IMG/VR virus record: IMGVR_UViG_3300005805_000485
Location: 1 to 24,170 of that record
Origin: a virus
Lineage: Duplodnaviria; Caudoviricetes
DNA: 24,170 nt
Reading direction: 5' to 3' (one strand)
Shown here one piece after another: positions 23,512 through 24,170 of the stretch. The notes under the pieces were generated by a model. That model made no database searches. It saw only the letters and a list, made by a program, of their open reading frames with translations, and was not told the origin of the DNA. Position numbers and translations under genes: made by a program. Position 1 is the first letter of the stretch; each line of letters starts with the position of its first letter.

Positions 23512-24170
23512 TTATCTGCTTTGTGGTAATGATCTTTGTGCAGATTGATTAGCTGACCAAACTGCTTGTCTATTTTTAGCCAAGAATTGAGTTGCAGATT
23601 GAGTATCAATTGCATTCATATTGGCAATGTAAGGGCCATTATACACTACTTGAGGTTGGTTACCCATAGCAGAGCCTAATCTATTGTTTGGAATAATAGT
23701 GCCTGAAGATTTAGGAATAAATAATTCAGGGCCACGCTCACCCACCATATATGAGCCGCTAGAACTAACATCGCCACCTTCAGCTCGGCCGCCCCAAAAA
23801 GCAGTTGAGCCAAATGTAGCTGAACTTCCGCCACCACCAAAAAAGCCACCAAGCAAATCGCCTAATCCTGATGATTTAAATATAGCCGTAGCTTGCGCTT
23901 TTAATTGAATTGCAATTAAATCTGAAATAATACTTCTTGCTAAATCATTAAAACTTAATTTGCCTGTTCGAACAAATTCATCTAATGCACTTTCCATATT
24001 TTGTGTAACCGATACAAAAGCTTGTTCACCTAATAAAGCGGCATTAGTAGCGTTATCAGCATAAGTAGCAAAAGCTTTTTTCCAACCAAATTCAAAAGTT
24101 CTTTGTGATTGTGCAATAGCGTATTCTTGTTTTGCTCTATTTATTTCTGTTTGCGCCCATTCATTAGCTT
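23512..24170 (-). CDS. Tail tape measure protein, C-terminal part (5'-truncated by window edge)
   Basis: Frame stays open to the window edge (..FEFGWKKAFATYADNATNAA...MESALDEFVRTGKLSFNDLARSIISDL) as in the lambda-type TMP C-terminal domain; RAEGG...YMVGERGPELFIP motif. Confidence 0.9.
   Translation of the reverse strand, partial: ANEWAQTEINRAKQEYAIAQSQRTFEFGWKKAFATYADNATNAALLGEQAFVSVTQNMESALDEFVRTGKLSFNDLARSIISDLIAIQLKAQATAIFKSSGLGDLLGGFFGGGGSSATFGSTAFWGGRAEGGDVSSSGSYMVGERGPELFIPKSSGTIIPNNRLGSAMGNQPQVVYNGPYIANMNAIDTQSATQFLAKNRQAVWSANQSAQRSLPQSR

Noticed and set aside
15101-23908. Plus-strand and nested ORFs within tail genes (15101, 15515, 16127, 16541, 16793, 19464, 19944, 20591, 23684)
   Set aside because: Antisense or alternative-frame shadows of long, motif-supported structural genes.

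Overview
AT-rich fragment (roughly one-third GC by eye) of a long-tailed dsDNA phage genome, siphovirus-like with a lambdoid gene repertoire. It has three blocks. (1) A leftward operon at 1-5407: VRR-NUC nuclease, DUF1376/YdaU-type replication initiator with an internal iteron-like origin, SleB-type cell wall hydrolase, several small membrane proteins, helicase-loader-like protein, NinB, Ref-like nuclease, ferritin/Dps-like protein, HNH nuclease, SprT-like protease and a 3TM holin. (2) A short rightward early/recombination operon at 5492-8905: ERF, YqaJ exonuclease and an SSB-like protein, ending in a 23-aa pqqA (PQQ precursor peptide) gene that the ORF track missed, followed by a strong terminator. 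(3) The end of the leftward late operon at 9163-24170: tape measure C-terminus, distal tail/hub, tail-tip J-like protein, LamG/SPRY fibre and chaperone, a Gly-X-Ser repeat fibre, then a methyltransferase and GT2/GT9 glycosyltransferase cassette, a small holin-like gene and an HNH-like nuclease. The pqqA sequence suggests a Methylophilaceae (methylotroph) host. No integrase, repressor, tRNA or CRISPR array was seen. Main points of interest are the phage-borne pqqA, a candidate virion-glycosylation system (Ser-rich fibre plus split GT9, GT2 and methyltransferase), and apparent avoidance of GTAC. All family assignments come from motif recognition; no database searches were run.
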